A DNA stretch of 64,000 nucleotides, from assembly GCF_000009045.1 (NCBI RefSeq), contig NC_000964.3:1054001-1118000 (forward strand), given 5' to 3'. Position 1 is the stretch's first letter, and every line of letters starts with the position of its first letter. This stretch comes from Bacillus subtilis subsp. subtilis str. 168 (GTDB lineage: Bacteria > Bacillota > Bacilli > Bacillales > Bacillaceae). The notes below the pieces were generated by a model. It made no database searches. It worked only from the letters and a program-made list of their open reading frames with translations, and was not told where the DNA came from. Made by a program: the position numbers and the translations under genes. Below are positions 8,591-18,767 of this stretch, one piece after another.

Positions 8591-9487
8591 GTGCTTACAA
8601 TTGATCACGTAACGAAGACATTTGGAGATTATAAAGCCGTTGACGGATTGGACTTAGATATTCCGGAACAGCAAATGTTCGGTCTATTAGGCGCAAACGG
8701 AGCGGGAAAAACAACAACGTTTCGCATGATCCTAGGATTATTAAGCATTACGGAGGGCTCAATCAGCTGGAAGGGCCGTCCTGTGAATTATCATATCAGC
8801 AACAAAATCGGTTATTTGCCGGAAGAGCGGGGCCTTTATCCGAAAATGAAGGTAAGGGATCAGCTCGTCTATCTTGCCAGATTAAAAGGGATGGAGAAGC
8901 GAGAGGCTGTAAAAGAGCTCGGGACATGGCTTGAACGCTTCAATATTACAGATTACGAGAATAAGAAGGTGGAAGAGCTTTCGAAGGGGAATCAGCAGAA
9001 AATCCAATTCATTTCGGCAGTTTTGCATAAGCCGGAGCTCCTGATTCTTGATGAACCATTCAGCGGCTTGGACCCTGTCAATGTTGAGCTGCTAAAAGAG
9101 GCCGTGATCTCGCTGAAAAACAGCGGTGTTTCTATTTTATTTTCAAGCCATCGGATGGAACATGTGGAGGAGCTTTGTGAGAACCTTTGCATATTGCAGA
9201 AAGGAAAACCGGTTGTACAAGGCAAGCTGAAGGAGATCAAGCGTTCTTTCGGTAAAAAGAATGTTACCATTCACTCCGATGACGATCTGCGCTTTTTGCA
9301 GTCCCATGAAGGCATTCTTCAATGGAAGGAAACGGCAGACGGCGTCAAGCTGCAGATTGCCAATGAAGACATTTCTCAAGAGATTTTTGCGATGCTCCAA
9401 GGAAAAGGGTTTATCAGAAAGTTTGAGCTTGAAGAGCCGTCACTGCATGATATTTTTATAGAAAAGGTGGGGGCCGTCTATGAATAA
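8591..9487 (+). CDS. yhaQ: ABC transporter ATP-binding protein
   Basis: GANGAGKTT, LSKGN, ILDEPFSGLD. Confidence 0.92.
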   Translation: MLTIDHVTKTFGDYKAVDGLDLDIPEQQMFGLLGANGAGKTTTFRMILGLLSITEGSISWKGRPVNYHISNKIGYLPEERGLYPKMKVRDQLVYLARLKGMEKREAVKELGTWLERFNITDYENKKVEELSKGNQQKIQFISAVLHKPELLILDEPFSGLDPVNVELLKEAVISLKNSGVSILFSSHRMEHVEELCENLCILQKGKPVVQGKLKEIKRSFGKKNVTIHSDDDLRFLQSHEGILQWKETADGVKLQIANEDISQEIFAMLQGKGFIRKFELEEPSLHDIFIEKVGAVYE

Positions 9488-10739
9488 ATTTTGGATCATG
9501 CTTTCTCATACATACAAAAATAAGATTATGGCAAAATCCTTTATTATTTCGACTGTCATCACGGTGCTGCTTGTTTTAGTTGTAACGAATCTGGAGTCGA
9601 TCATTTCTTTGTTTCAAGGTGACGATGCGAAAGAAAAAATCGCCGTTGTTGATGAAACAAACGAATTATATCCGGTTTTTTCTAAGCAGCTGAAAGCGGT
9701 GGATACAGACGGCGATCTTGATGTGAAGCTGTCGAAGCAATCGGAGGATGAGGTCACAAAGCAAGTCAAAGATGAATCACTCGATGGCATGCTCATCATC
9801 AAACGAGATGAAAAAGGGACCATTTCAGGAACATATAAAGCGTTAACGATTTCTGATGAAAGCACGTATCAAACACTGCAGCAGGCGCTGACGCAAACCA
9901 AAACAGCTGTCGGAACAGCGGAGCTCGGCGTGTCGCAGGAAACGATTAGCAGCCTTTATGCGCCTGTTACTGTGGGGCAGAAGGCGCTGAAAGAAGGGGC
10001 AAAGTCTGAGGAAGAGCTTGGCCAGACGGTAGGGCTTGTTTACATTATGCTGTTCGTCATTTATTTCTCGGTGATTATGTATGCCAGCATGATAGCGATG
10101 GAGGTCGCAACCGAAAAATCTTCGCGAGTTATGGAAATCCTGATCTCAAGTATGCCGCCGATCCAGCAAATGTTTGCAAAGCTGCTTGGTATCGGGCTTG
10201 TCGGGATCACACAGCTTGCTATTATTATAGGAGCCGGCTCTCTGTCGCTTAAGCTGAACCAAAAGAGCGAAACGGCTTCATCTGTCGGCGGATTCCTTAA
10301 TTTGACCGACGTATCTGCAACCACTGTCATCTATGCTGTCATTTTCTTTTTGCTCGGATACTTTTTGTACGCGACACTTGCCGCGTTTCTCGGCAGTGTC
10401 GTCAGCAGAATAGAGGACGTGCAGCAAACGATCACGCCGATGACGCTTTTGGTTGTCGCCGGTTTTATGATCGCGATGTTCGGTTTGAATGCGCCTGACG
10501 CAGGATTTATTACGGTAACTTCGTTTATTCCGTTCTTTACGCCAATGATTATGTTCCTGCGCGTCGGCATGCTTGATATTCCGTTCTGGCAGGCGGCTGT
10601 CGGAATCGGAATCACACTGCTCACCATTGTCATACTGGCCGTTATCGGCGCCAGAATTTATAAAGGCGGTGTATTAATTTACGGCAATTCAAGCGCGTTC
10701 AAAGCGATCAAACAAGCGCTACGTTTAGCGAAAAACTGA
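9480..10739 (+). CDS. yhaP: ABC-2 type permease (NatB-like)
   Basis: Overlaps yhaQ stop; EVATEKSSRVMEIL motif; N-terminal TM + ectodomain + 5 TM. Confidence 0.88.
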   Translation: MNKFWIMLSHTYKNKIMAKSFIISTVITVLLVLVVTNLESIISLFQGDDAKEKIAVVDETNELYPVFSKQLKAVDTDGDLDVKLSKQSEDEVTKQVKDESLDGMLIIKRDEKGTISGTYKALTISDESTYQTLQQALTQTKTAVGTAELGVSQETISSLYAPVTVGQKALKEGAKSEEELGQTVGLVYIMLFVIYFSVIMYASMIAMEVATEKSSRVMEILISSMPPIQQMFAKLLGIGLVGITQLAIIIGAGSLSLKLNQKSETASSVGGFLNLTDVSATTVIYAVIFFLLGYFLYATLAAFLGSVVSRIEDVQQTITPMTLLVVAGFMIAMFGLNAPDAGFITVTSFIPFFTPMIMFLRVGMLDIPFWQAAVGIGITLLTIVILAVIGARIYKGGVLIYGNSSAFKAIKQALRLAKN

Positions 10740-10744
10740 TTGGA

Positions 10745-10776
10745 AAACAGCCTGGGGATTCTCAGGCTGTTTCTTT
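10745..10776 (+). terminator. Intrinsic terminator after yhaP
   Basis: AAACAGCCTG...CAGGCTGTTT + T-rich tail. Confidence 0.75.
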
Positions 10777-10782
10777 ATTGAC

Positions 10783-10796
10783 AGAACGTGCATTCG
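10783..10796 (+). promoter_or_regulatory. LexA box of yhaO-sbcE-yhaM
   Basis: AGAACGTGCATTCG overlapping the -35 region of an extended -10 promoter (TGcTAAAAT 10808-10816). Confidence 0.8.
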
Positions 10797-10845
10797 CAAG
10801 AATTCGGTGCTAAAATAAGGGTACTTCATCCTGGAAAGGAGCAGA

Positions 10846-12072
10846 ATGTTGACTGATCTAACCTTTATTCATGCGGCAGATCTTCATCTTGACAGCCCGT
10901 TTTACGGGATATCGCATCTGCCGGAGCCGATTTTTGCCCGGATTAAAGAAAGCACGTTTGCAAGCGTGAGACATATGATAGACGCCGCAGTGAGAGAGCA
11001 CGTTGATTTCATTTTGCTTGCGGGAGATCTGTTTGATGAAGCCAATCGAAGCTTAAAGGCTCAGCTCTTTTTGAAAAAACAGTTTGAAAGACTCAGAGAG
11101 TGCGGAATTTCGGTATACGTCATCTTTGGGAATCACGATCATCTTGGCGGGGAGTGGACGCCGATTGAATGGCCTGAGAATGTCCATATTTTTTCGTCCG
11201 CTGTTCCAGAAGAAAAATCGTTTTTTAAAGAAGGCAGGCGCATAGCAAGCATTTACGGCTTCAGCTATCAAGCCAGAGCATTGATGGAAAACCAAGCCGC
11301 CCGCTATCGGAGATCAACTGACGCACCGTTTCATATCGGCATGCTCCACGGCACGCTGTCAGGATCTGAAGGACACGATCCGTATTGCCCGTTTACACAT
11401 GACGACCTCGTGAAAAGCGGGATGGATTATTGGGCGCTTGGCCATATACATAAACGCCAGGTTCTATCTGCCGAGCATCCGGCAGTCATTTACCCGGGAA
11501 ACACGCAAGCACGCCATATAAAGGAGACGGGAGATAAAGGCTATTATCTCGTTCATGTGACAAACGGAGATATATCTTATGAATTTCAGAGAGCGCATGA
11601 TGTCCTGTGGGAAAAAGCGGCGGTTGATGTGACGGAGGCAAAGAATATGACAGCCCTCTTCCAAATGGTGGAGGACACGTTTTCGAAGCTGCGGAAAAAG
11701 GGGAGCCCTGTTTGTGTAAGGCTTGTTTTACAAGGGACGGCGCCGGAATGGCTGCTGGAGGCGCCAAAAGGCACCTTGGATGAGTTTCTTGAAGCTCTTC
11801 AGGAACAAGAAGCGGAAGAGGAACGTTTCGTTTGGCCTCTTAGATTGGACGATGAGACAGAAAACGAAGCAAACCTAACAAACCTTGATCCTTTTTTTGG
11901 CGGTTTATTTGAAGACATTGATCGCAGCGATCTGTCAGACGTGCTGGAAGGGCTTGAGCGGCATCCAGTGTATAGAAGGCACGCGGACCGGTTTAGCCAA
12001 GAGGAGGTAAAGGAAATAAAAGAGCAGGCACAGATAATATTGAAAAGACAGCTTAAGGTGCTTGATACATGA
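10846..12072 (+). CDS. yhaO: Mre11/SbcD-like metallophosphoesterase nuclease
   Basis: ADLHLD, GDLFD, GNHD, LGHIH motifs. Confidence 0.9.
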   Translation: MLTDLTFIHAADLHLDSPFYGISHLPEPIFARIKESTFASVRHMIDAAVREHVDFILLAGDLFDEANRSLKAQLFLKKQFERLRECGISVYVIFGNHDHLGGEWTPIEWPENVHIFSSAVPEEKSFFKEGRRIASIYGFSYQARALMENQAARYRRSTDAPFHIGMLHGTLSGSEGHDPYCPFTHDDLVKSGMDYWALGHIHKRQVLSAEHPAVIYPGNTQARHIKETGDKGYYLVHVTNGDISYEFQRAHDVLWEKAAVDVTEAKNMTALFQMVEDTFSKLRKKGSPVCVRLVLQGTAPEWLLEAPKGTLDEFLEALQEQEAEEERFVWPLRLDDETENEANLTNLDPFFGGLFEDIDRSDLSDVLEGLERHPVYRRHADRFSQEEVKEIKEQAQIILKRQLKVLDT

Positions 12073-12076
12073 GGCG

Positions 12077-14968
12077 GTGACAGCTTTGCGAATTATATCT
12101 TTACATATCTACCAATACGGAAAATTTTCCAATCGGACCTTTGACTTTTCCGCCTCTCCTGTCCAAGTCATCTACGGATTAAATGAGGCAGGAAAAACGA
12201 CGATGATGTCATTCATTGAAAGCATGCTGTTCGGTTTTCCGAAAACGAAAAAGTATGAACCGAAAACAGGCGGTGTCTACGGCGGTGTTCTTGAAGCTGA
12301 ACATCCTGAGTATGGGGTGCTGAAGATCGAACGGACGAAAGGGACTGCCGAAAAACTAAGCGTGTACACAGAAAAGGGCGAAGTAAAGCAGGGAGATGTT
12401 TTAAAGCAGCTGTTCCAGGGCACAGACAGGTCGTTGTACAAAGCCATATATTCGTTCGACGTATTCGGGCTGCAGGAAATTCACGCCTTTAATCGGGACA
12501 AGATAGGGGAATTTTTGCTCTTTTCCAGCTTGTTTGGTGCTGAAGCCGTATCAAAGCTTGATTCAAGGCTGACGAAGGAAAGCGAAAGGCTCTATAAACC
12601 AAATGGGCGAAACCCTCAATTGAATCAGGAGCTGGAAACGCTTAAGCAGCTGGCAGTTAAGCTAAAACAGGCTGAAGCAGAGGAAGCGGGCTATCATCAG
12701 CTTCTCGAGGAAAAACGAACGCTTGAAGCCCGCCTTGCAGCCGCGGAAACCGAATTGAAAGAGACGGCGGGACATATCCGAATGATTGAGGGAGCGATTG
12801 AGCGAAAGCCGCTGCTAAATGAAAAAGCGACACTCGAACAGGTGATTGCAGAATTTCCGGAACACGCAGGACAATTTCCTGCTGACGGACTGCATCAGCT
12901 GGAAAAATATGAATCCCATCTTCACCCGAAATCAGCACAGCTTGAGGCGCTTCGGGTGAAGATGGCGGAGTTGGACAAACAGAGGCAAAAGCTTATCCCC
13001 GATAAAGAACTATTGGCGAAAGAAACGCTGATACAAGAGCTTTCGGCAGCGTTTCATATGTACCAATCCTGGGGAGAACAGCTGGCAGCCATTCAGGCAC
13101 AGCTGCGCCAGACGTCTGCGCAGACAGCGGCAGGGCTGGAACAGCTCAATAAAACGGATGAAAATGAGCTCCTGAATATGAACACCTCATATGATTATGA
13201 ATGGCAGCTTCAGCAAGCGGTGCAGCAATATGTACAGGCAAGAGACAGAAAACGGCAGCTTGACGAGACGTTTGAACTTGCCCGGCAAGAGCTGGAAGAC
13301 GCGGAAAAGGCCGTTCGTGCCGCTTCGTCCGCGATTCTTGAAAACAGCCAAAGAAAAGATAAAGAAGCAGCTCTTAGAGCATATGATGAAACACAGGGGC
13401 AGCACCAAGAGCAAGCGAAGCTCAGAGAACAGCTAACGTTTTTTGAAAGACAGCAGGCTAAACAGAAAAAGACTGTCATTGCAGCTGGTATGTTGTTCAT
13501 CGTTCTCTTTTCTCTGCTGCAGCAATGGATTCCCGCCATAAGTTTCGGCGCTGCACTTATTGTGTATTGGCTTGTTTCAGGAAAGTCGTCTTCTCGAAAC
13601 AGCCGAGAGACAAGACAGCCCATGACGGATATTTCACCAGCAGAAGCTGAAATGCTTAGAGAAGCGTTATGGGAGGATGACCGCAATAAGCAGCACCTTC
13701 TCACACAGCGTGCAGCGCTCCAGCAAAAAGAGGCGGCGTATGAAAGGGTCATCCAGCAGTTTGAACAGTGGGAAGCCGAAATGGCGCCGTCCTTTACACA
13801 GGTTGAGCGTTTTATGAATGAGCTCGGATTTAAGGAAGATCCATCATTTTTGCTTGATGCATACAGCTTAATGAAGGATGTTAAAAAAGAAGTGAAGAAA
13901 AAGCATGAGCTGACCATAGAAGCAGGCAGGCTGAAAAAGCACCGGAGAACATTCGAAGAACGCGTCAGTATGCTTCTTCCCGTGAATCAGAGTCAGGATA
14001 TCTCCATTTCGGACGCCCTTCACACATTGCGGAAAAACATTGAACGTGAAAAAGAAATTGAGAAGCAAAAAAAGGAAATTGAAACAGATATTCATTATAC
14101 AAAGGAACAGATGCTTGAACTTGAGCAAGAAATACAGTATTTCCACGCACAGATTGAACAGTTATTTGCCGCGGCTGCTGCAAAAGACAGAGATGCGTTT
14201 TTTGCCATAGCCGCCATCAGCAGGCAATTGAAGGATACGGAGAACAAGCTTCATCACGTAAACGCACAGCTTCAAGGCGGGTACCCGGAGGAACTTGAAC
14301 TGGCGGATTCCAATACGCTTTCTGAATTGAAAGATAAGCAATTTGTTGAGAATGAAAGAAAAGAGCGGCTGACTGAGGAGATCGAGCAGCTCCGCAGCCA
14401 AATCGCACTGCTCTCAGTCAAACAGGAACAATTAGAGGCTTCGGGAATGGTCTCAGACCTCAAGCTTCAAACCGAAATGCAAAAAGAACGTGTGAAAGAA
14501 ACGGCTAAAAAATGGGCCTCCATACAAATGGTCAAACAGGTGATCAGAAACAAATTGGAGCGGCATAAAAAAATCGAGCTTCCGCGCCTTCTGGAGACGG
14601 CAGGAGAATTTTTCCGTCCTCTGACTGACGGAAACTACCAAACCATTTATTTTTCCGAAACGGATGATTCGATCATGGTTATGCATCGCGATGGCACTGT
14701 CTATCATGCGGAAGAGCTGTCACAAGGGACGTGTGAACAGCTGTATACAGCGATCCGCTTTGCTTTGGCCGTTACGCGCCAGGGTGAGTCAAAGCTTCCG
14801 TTCCAGCTTGACGACAGTTTTGTTCATTTTGATCAGGAAAGGCTGAAACGTGTATTACATGTTCTGTATGATTTATCTGAAGGCGGTAGGCAGATTTTGT
14901 ATTTTACATGCCATGAGCACGTAAAAGATGCATTTCATAGCAGCCAAATCATCCATTTGGTGTCATAA
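12077..14968 (+). CDS. sbcE: SMC/Rad50-like ABC ATPase with long coiled coil
   Basis: GLNEAGKTT Walker A; LSQGT signature; LDDSFVHFD Walker B/D-loop; FTCH; start GTG 12077 or TTG 12086. Confidence 0.88.
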   Translation: MTALRIISLHIYQYGKFSNRTFDFSASPVQVIYGLNEAGKTTMMSFIESMLFGFPKTKKYEPKTGGVYGGVLEAEHPEYGVLKIERTKGTAEKLSVYTEKGEVKQGDVLKQLFQGTDRSLYKAIYSFDVFGLQEIHAFNRDKIGEFLLFSSLFGAEAVSKLDSRLTKESERLYKPNGRNPQLNQELETLKQLAVKLKQAEAEEAGYHQLLEEKRTLEARLAAAETELKETAGHIRMIEGAIERKPLLNEKATLEQVIAEFPEHAGQFPADGLHQLEKYESHLHPKSAQLEALRVKMAELDKQRQKLIPDKELLAKETLIQELSAAFHMYQSWGEQLAAIQAQLRQTSAQTAAGLEQLNKTDENELLNMNTSYDYEWQLQQAVQQYVQARDRKRQLDETFELARQELEDAEKAVRAASSAILENSQRKDKEAALRAYDETQGQHQEQAKLREQLTFFERQQAKQKKTVIAAGMLFIVLFSLLQQWIPAISFGAALIVYWLVSGKSSSRNSRETRQPMTDISPAEAEMLREALWEDDRNKQHLLTQRAALQQKEAAYERVIQQFEQWEAEMAPSFTQVERFMNELGFKEDPSFLLDAYSLMKDVKKEVKKKHELTIEAGRLKKHRRTFEERVSMLLPVNQSQDISISDALHTLRKNIEREKEIEKQKKEIETDIHYTKEQMLELEQEIQYFHAQIEQLFAAAAAKDRDAFFAIAAISRQLKDTENKLHHVNAQLQGGYPEELELADSNTLSELKDKQFVENERKERLTEEIEQLRSQIALLSVKQEQLEASGMVSDLKLQTEMQKERVKETAKKWASIQMVKQVIRNKLERHKKIELPRLLETAGEFFRPLTDGNYQTIYFSETDDSIMVMHRDGTVYHAEELSQGTCEQLYTAIRFALAVTRQGESKLPFQLDDSFVHFDQERLKRVLHVLYDLSEGGRQILYFTCHEHVKDAFHSSQIIHLVS

Positions 14969-15041
14969 AAGAGGTTCTATAGCTGAAAATCGGTATGTGA
15001 TATACTGGTATTATGTAAGATACGGAGGGAGCTTTAATAGA

Positions 15042-15986
15042 ATGGCTAAAGGGATTATGCTACATGAGGTTGGCGAACAGGTGGACCAGTATCTATTGAT
15101 TAAATCCTCGACGAAAGGGATTGCAAGCAATGGAAAACCGTTTCTGACGCTGATGCTGCAAGACCAGTCAGGCGATATTGAAGCGAAGCTGTGGGATGCC
15201 AAGCAAAGTGATGAAGTGACCTATGCGCCGCAGACGATTGTCAAGGTCGTCGGCGATGTTCACCATTATCGCGGACGCACCCAGCTGAAGCTAAGAAATA
15301 TCAGACCGGTAAGCGAGCAAGAAAACGTCAATATTGATGATTTTTTAGAAACCGCGCCGATTCCGAAAAATGAAATGATGGATACCATCACTCAATATAT
15401 ATTTGAAATGAAAAATCCGAATATCCAGCGAATCACAAGGTTTTTGGTTAAAAAACACGAAGCTGAGTTTATGGATTATCCGGCGGCTACGAAAAACCAC
15501 CATGAGTTTGTCTCAGGTTTGGCGTATCATGTTGTCTCTATGCTGAACCTGGCGAAAGCAATAGCAGATTTATATCCTTCTCTTGATCGTGATCTGCTTT
15601 ACGCCGGTGTTATCCTGCATGATCTTGGAAAAGTGAAGGAGCTGTCCGGCCCTGTTTCCACTTCATATACGGTTGAAGGCAATTTGCTCGGCCATATTTC
15701 CATCATGGTGACAGAGCTTTCAAAAGCGGCTGAGGAGCTTCAAATCGATTCTGAAGAGGTGTTAATTCTTCAGCATTTGATTTTGAGTCACCACGGCAAA
15801 GCAGAATGGGGCAGCCCGAAACCGCCTATGGTGAAAGAAGCGGAAATTCTTCACTATATAGACAATCTGGATGCAAAAATGAATATGATGGACAGAGCGC
15901 TTGAGCGCGTGAAGCCGGGCGAGTATACTGAACGTGTATTTGCACTGGAAAACCGTTCCTTTTATAAACCGACATTTCATAAATAA
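15042..15986 (+). CDS. yhaM: 3'-5' exoribonuclease YhaM (OB fold + HD domain)
   Basis: GGAGGG RBS; OB-fold N-terminus; HHEFVSGL and ILHDLGK HD motifs. Confidence 0.93.
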   Translation: MAKGIMLHEVGEQVDQYLLIKSSTKGIASNGKPFLTLMLQDQSGDIEAKLWDAKQSDEVTYAPQTIVKVVGDVHHYRGRTQLKLRNIRPVSEQENVNIDDFLETAPIPKNEMMDTITQYIFEMKNPNIQRITRFLVKKHEAEFMDYPAATKNHHEFVSGLAYHVVSMLNLAKAIADLYPSLDRDLLYAGVILHDLGKVKELSGPVSTSYTVEGNLLGHISIMVTELSKAAEELQIDSEEVLILQHLILSHHGKAEWGSPKPPMVKEAEILHYIDNLDAKMNMMDRALERVKPGEYTERVFALENRSFYKPTFHK

Positions 15987-16110
15987 CTTAAAAAGGACTG
16001 ATGCTGACATATTCAGCTCAGTCCTTTTTGATGCGTCTTTCCCGCACATAACTCGTCTCATTCCCGCATATGGTTAAGAATAAAGAATCTATGCAAAGGG
16101 GGAGGAGCCC

Positions 16111-16323
16111 GTGTTATTTTTTCCGTGGTGGGTGTATCTTTGTATTGTAGGCATCATTTTCAGCGCATATAAACTTGTGGCGGCAGCCAAAGAGGAAGAA
16201 AAAGTAGACCAGGCTTTTATTGAAAAAGAAGGACAGATTTATATGGAGAGGATGGAAAAGGAGCGAGAACGCCGCAGTTCTCAGCAGCATGAAGAAGAAA
16301 ATCAAAACCATTCCATCGCATAA
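16111..16323 (+). CDS. yhaL: Sporulation membrane protein YhaL
   Basis: GGGGGAGGAG RBS + GTG; N-terminal TM, charged tail. Confidence 0.85.
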   Translation: MLFFPWWVYLCIVGIIFSAYKLVAAAKEEEKVDQAFIEKEGQIYMERMEKERERRSSQQHEEENQNHSIA

Positions 16324-16362
16324 AAAAAGCTGTGCGGCTCAATGAGCCGCACAGCTTTTTTT
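16322..16362. terminator. Bidirectional terminator yhaL/prsA
   Basis: Perfect A7-GCTGTGCGGCTC-AAT-GAGCCGCACAGC-T7. Confidence 0.9.
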
Positions 16363-16363
16363 A

Positions 16364-17242
16364 TTATTTAGAATTGCTTGAAGATGAAGAAGTGCTGTTG
16401 CTTGTTGAAGATGTATTAAATGTGTCTTTCAGATCTTTATCTTTTACTTCGATGTCAGCCTTCTTCATGACTTTTTGAACAGCTTCCTGAACAGCTGCGT
16501 TGTCATTTAATTTTTGTTCAAGCACTTCAGATTTCAGTTCTTTTTTCATATCATCATATTTGCCGCGTTCTTCTGTCTTTTTAATGATATGGTAGCCGTA
16601 TTGCGTTTTGACAGGATCACTGACTTCACCTGTTTTTAATTTGAATGCAGCTTTGCTGAATGTTTCGTCCATTTGGCCTTCTTTTGCGAACCAGCCAAGA
16701 TCCCCGCCTTTTGAAGCAGAGCTGTCTGTTGAGTATTCTTTCGCAAGGTCTTCAAACTTCTCGCCTTTTTTCAGCTTTTTCTCTACTTCTTCAGCTGTCT
16801 TTTTATCAGCAACAAGGATGTGGCTTGCACGGATTTTGCCTTTTAAGCCTTCCCAGTACTCTTTGATATCGGCGTCTGTTACTTTGATGTTATCTTTAGC
16901 CGCTTTTTGTGTCAGCAATTCATATTTTACTTGTTCTTTCAGGTAATCTTTGCCATATTGCTTTTCGAGGGCAGTATATTGATCGCCAAGCTGCGTTTTG
17001 TATTCTTTCAGCTTGTTGTCAATTTCTTTATCCGAAACTTTATACTTCTTGTCCAATACTTTTTCTTGCACTAGCTGTGTCAGTACGCTTGCGCCAGCTG
17101 TTTTCTTCATGTTTGTGTAAAGCTCGCCTTTTGTGACATCGCCTGCGTCTGTTTTTGCGATAACTTCTTTGTCGCCGCTGCTGCAAGCACTGAGAGCGAG
17201 GATGCTTGTAGCAGTGATAGCTGCTATTGCGATTTTCTTCAT
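16364..17242 (-). CDS. prsA: Foldase lipoprotein PrsA (parvulin PPIase)
   Basis: Lipobox LSAC; IRASHILV and GGDLGWF parvulin motifs. Confidence 0.97.
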   Translation of the reverse strand: MKKIAIAAITATSILALSACSSGDKEVIAKTDAGDVTKGELYTNMKKTAGASVLTQLVQEKVLDKKYKVSDKEIDNKLKEYKTQLGDQYTALEKQYGKDYLKEQVKYELLTQKAAKDNIKVTDADIKEYWEGLKGKIRASHILVADKKTAEEVEKKLKKGEKFEDLAKEYSTDSSASKGGDLGWFAKEGQMDETFSKAAFKLKTGEVSDPVKTQYGYHIIKKTEERGKYDDMKKELKSEVLEQKLNDNAAVQEAVQKVMKKADIEVKDKDLKDTFNTSSTSNSTSSSSSNSK

Positions 17243-17401
17243 TGTTTTCAAACACTCCTAATCATTCCAAATTAAATTACCTATGCGTATCATAACATAT
17301 TGTGGCTTTCTGTAAAAAGATTTTAAATAAAGGGCATTCGTCTAGTCAAACTTTTGCTGATGACATACTTATATATTGATCAAGAAAAGGAGGTATGTAA
17401 C

Positions 17402-17488
17402 ATGAGCGGAGGATACTCTAACGGATTCGCGTTGCTCGTAGTACTGTTCATTTTGCTTATCATCGTAGGTGCAGCTTACATCTACTAA
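17402..17488 (+). CDS. sscA: 28-aa YjcZ-family spore micropeptide MSGGYSNGFALLVVLFILLIIVGAAYIY
   Basis: AAAGGAGG RBS; FALLVVLFILLII hallmark; below the ORF-track size cut-off. Confidence 0.88.
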   Translation: MSGGYSNGFALLVVLFILLIIVGAAYIY

Positions 17489-17612
17489 GCAGCCCGAGGA
17501 TCGCTTGCAACATAAGCGATCCTTTATTTTCACTAGCGCCTAATCGTTTCAAACATGAATTGCATAACATGTAATTGGTAAATAAAGCTTATTACAGGAG
17601 GTGCTATTTAAG

Positions 17613-17699
17613 ATGGGTGAAGTATTTGCAGGCGGATTCGCTTTATTGGTTGTGTTATTTATTTTATTGATTATCATCGGCGCTTCTTGGCTGTACTAA
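17613..17699 (+). CDS. sscB: 28-aa YjcZ-family spore micropeptide MGEVFAGGFALLVVLFILLIIIGASWLY
   Basis: AGGAGGTG RBS; paralog of the preceding peptide. Confidence 0.85.
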   Translation: MGEVFAGGFALLVVLFILLIIIGASWLY

Positions 17700-17705
17700 T
17701 CAACA

Positions 17706-17746
17706 TAAAAAAGCATAGCTGCTTAATCAGCAGCTATGCTTTCTTT
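17706..17746. terminator. Bidirectional terminator downstream of sscB and of the ATC-start ORF
   Basis: AAGCATAGCTGCT-TAATC-AGCAGCTATGCTT with A6 left and T-rich right flank. Confidence 0.85.
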
Positions 17747-17751
17747 CGTAT

Positions 17752-17937
17752 TTACACTGTAAAGGAGATCTCCACAAACGAAGAGATCAGTAAAATTAAT
17801 ATAGATACATTAATAAATCGGAATACCTTATCTTGCCGCTCTTCAGGAATCTCTCTGACAAGGCATAATGTATTGGTGAGCCTGTTTATGAAATATAAAA
17901 TAAACACGGCAGCCACGATAAAATAGAATAAAATGAT
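17752..17937 (-). CDS. Putative 61-aa two-TM membrane protein with non-canonical (ATC) start, or start-lost pseudogene
   Basis: GAGAGAGGGGG RBS 8 nt before ATC; IILFYFIVAAVFILYFINRLTNTLCLVREIPEERQDKVFRFINVSILILLISSFVEISFTV-stop; terminator follows. Confidence 0.55.
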   Translation of the reverse strand: MILFYFIVAAVFILYFINRLTNTLCLVREIPEERQDKVFRFINVSILILLISSFVEISFTV

Positions 17938-18041
17938 GGGAGATTCCCCCTCTCTCTGAACTGTCCCATATTACATTACCAAATATTTATTAAAAAAGAT
18001 AGAATGCAAATTGAAAAATCGCCACCAGCACCAGGGTTTGA

Positions 18042-18560
18042 CTACTTTTCAACAAGAATATCCAAGCCGTCAGCTTCCTGATCAATAAAAGCGGTTTTCG
18101 GTGCTTTTATCAGCTTGAGAGCCAGCAGGAAATCAGGCAGACAGTAGCCGGCGTGAATGCCCGAGATCATGCAAAAATAATGAGCGTGATTCGGAAATGC
18201 CAGTGCTGCGTAAAACAATACCGGTGTAATCAGCAAGAACGGGCTGACGAGTGAAATCAGCATTGTTGTTTTTGGTATACGTTTCCATGTGCGCATGCGC
18301 AATATGTAAAACTTTTTTTCTATTTTTCTTTTTTTGCAGATGATTGGCAGGACATGGATGACTTTATGTACAAATAAAATAACGACGAGCAAACCGCCGA
18401 ATAAAGATACATATTCATCGCTTAAGCTTGTGCCAGGCCGCAGCAGCTCAAAAGCTAAAAAGGTAGATATAAAAACCAAAATCATAAAACATACAGCAGT
18501 TAATATTATGCGAACGGCGCCATAATCCTTCATGAGATTTATGGTCTTCCAGCAATTCAT
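18042..18560 (-). CDS. yhaJ: DUF3267-like membrane protein (zincin-like motif degenerate)
   Basis: GGAAGGA RBS before MNCWKTINL; 172 aa, several TMs, HKVIH. Confidence 0.75.
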
Positions 18561-18767
18561 CAAAGTCATCCTTCCATACATCTTGAATAGAATCTCAAAA
18601 TAATTTACTCCTCCCAAGAGAAAAAATCAATGCTTTTTTAAGAAAAAATATCATCCGGCAGGTATTTTTTTGAAACAAGCAAACAAACTGCGAAATATGG
18701 GGTTAGAACTTTCTTCTCAGTGAATTATCAGCTAAAATAAGATTAAAGATAGAAAGAAGTGGTGTGG

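Noticed and set aside
10778-10783. Perfect TTGACA upstream of yhaO as its -35
   Set aside because: It is 27 nt from TAAAAT, too far; the extended -10 explains the promoter
13210-13917. 235-aa ORF antisense to sbcE
   Set aside because: Ser/Cys/Phe-rich shadow of a Glu/Lys/Gln coiled-coil gene; no RBS or domain features
17687-17926. 79-aa plus-strand ORF after sscB
   Set aside because: Crosses the terminator and has no RBS; the opposite-strand 61-codon ORF is better supported
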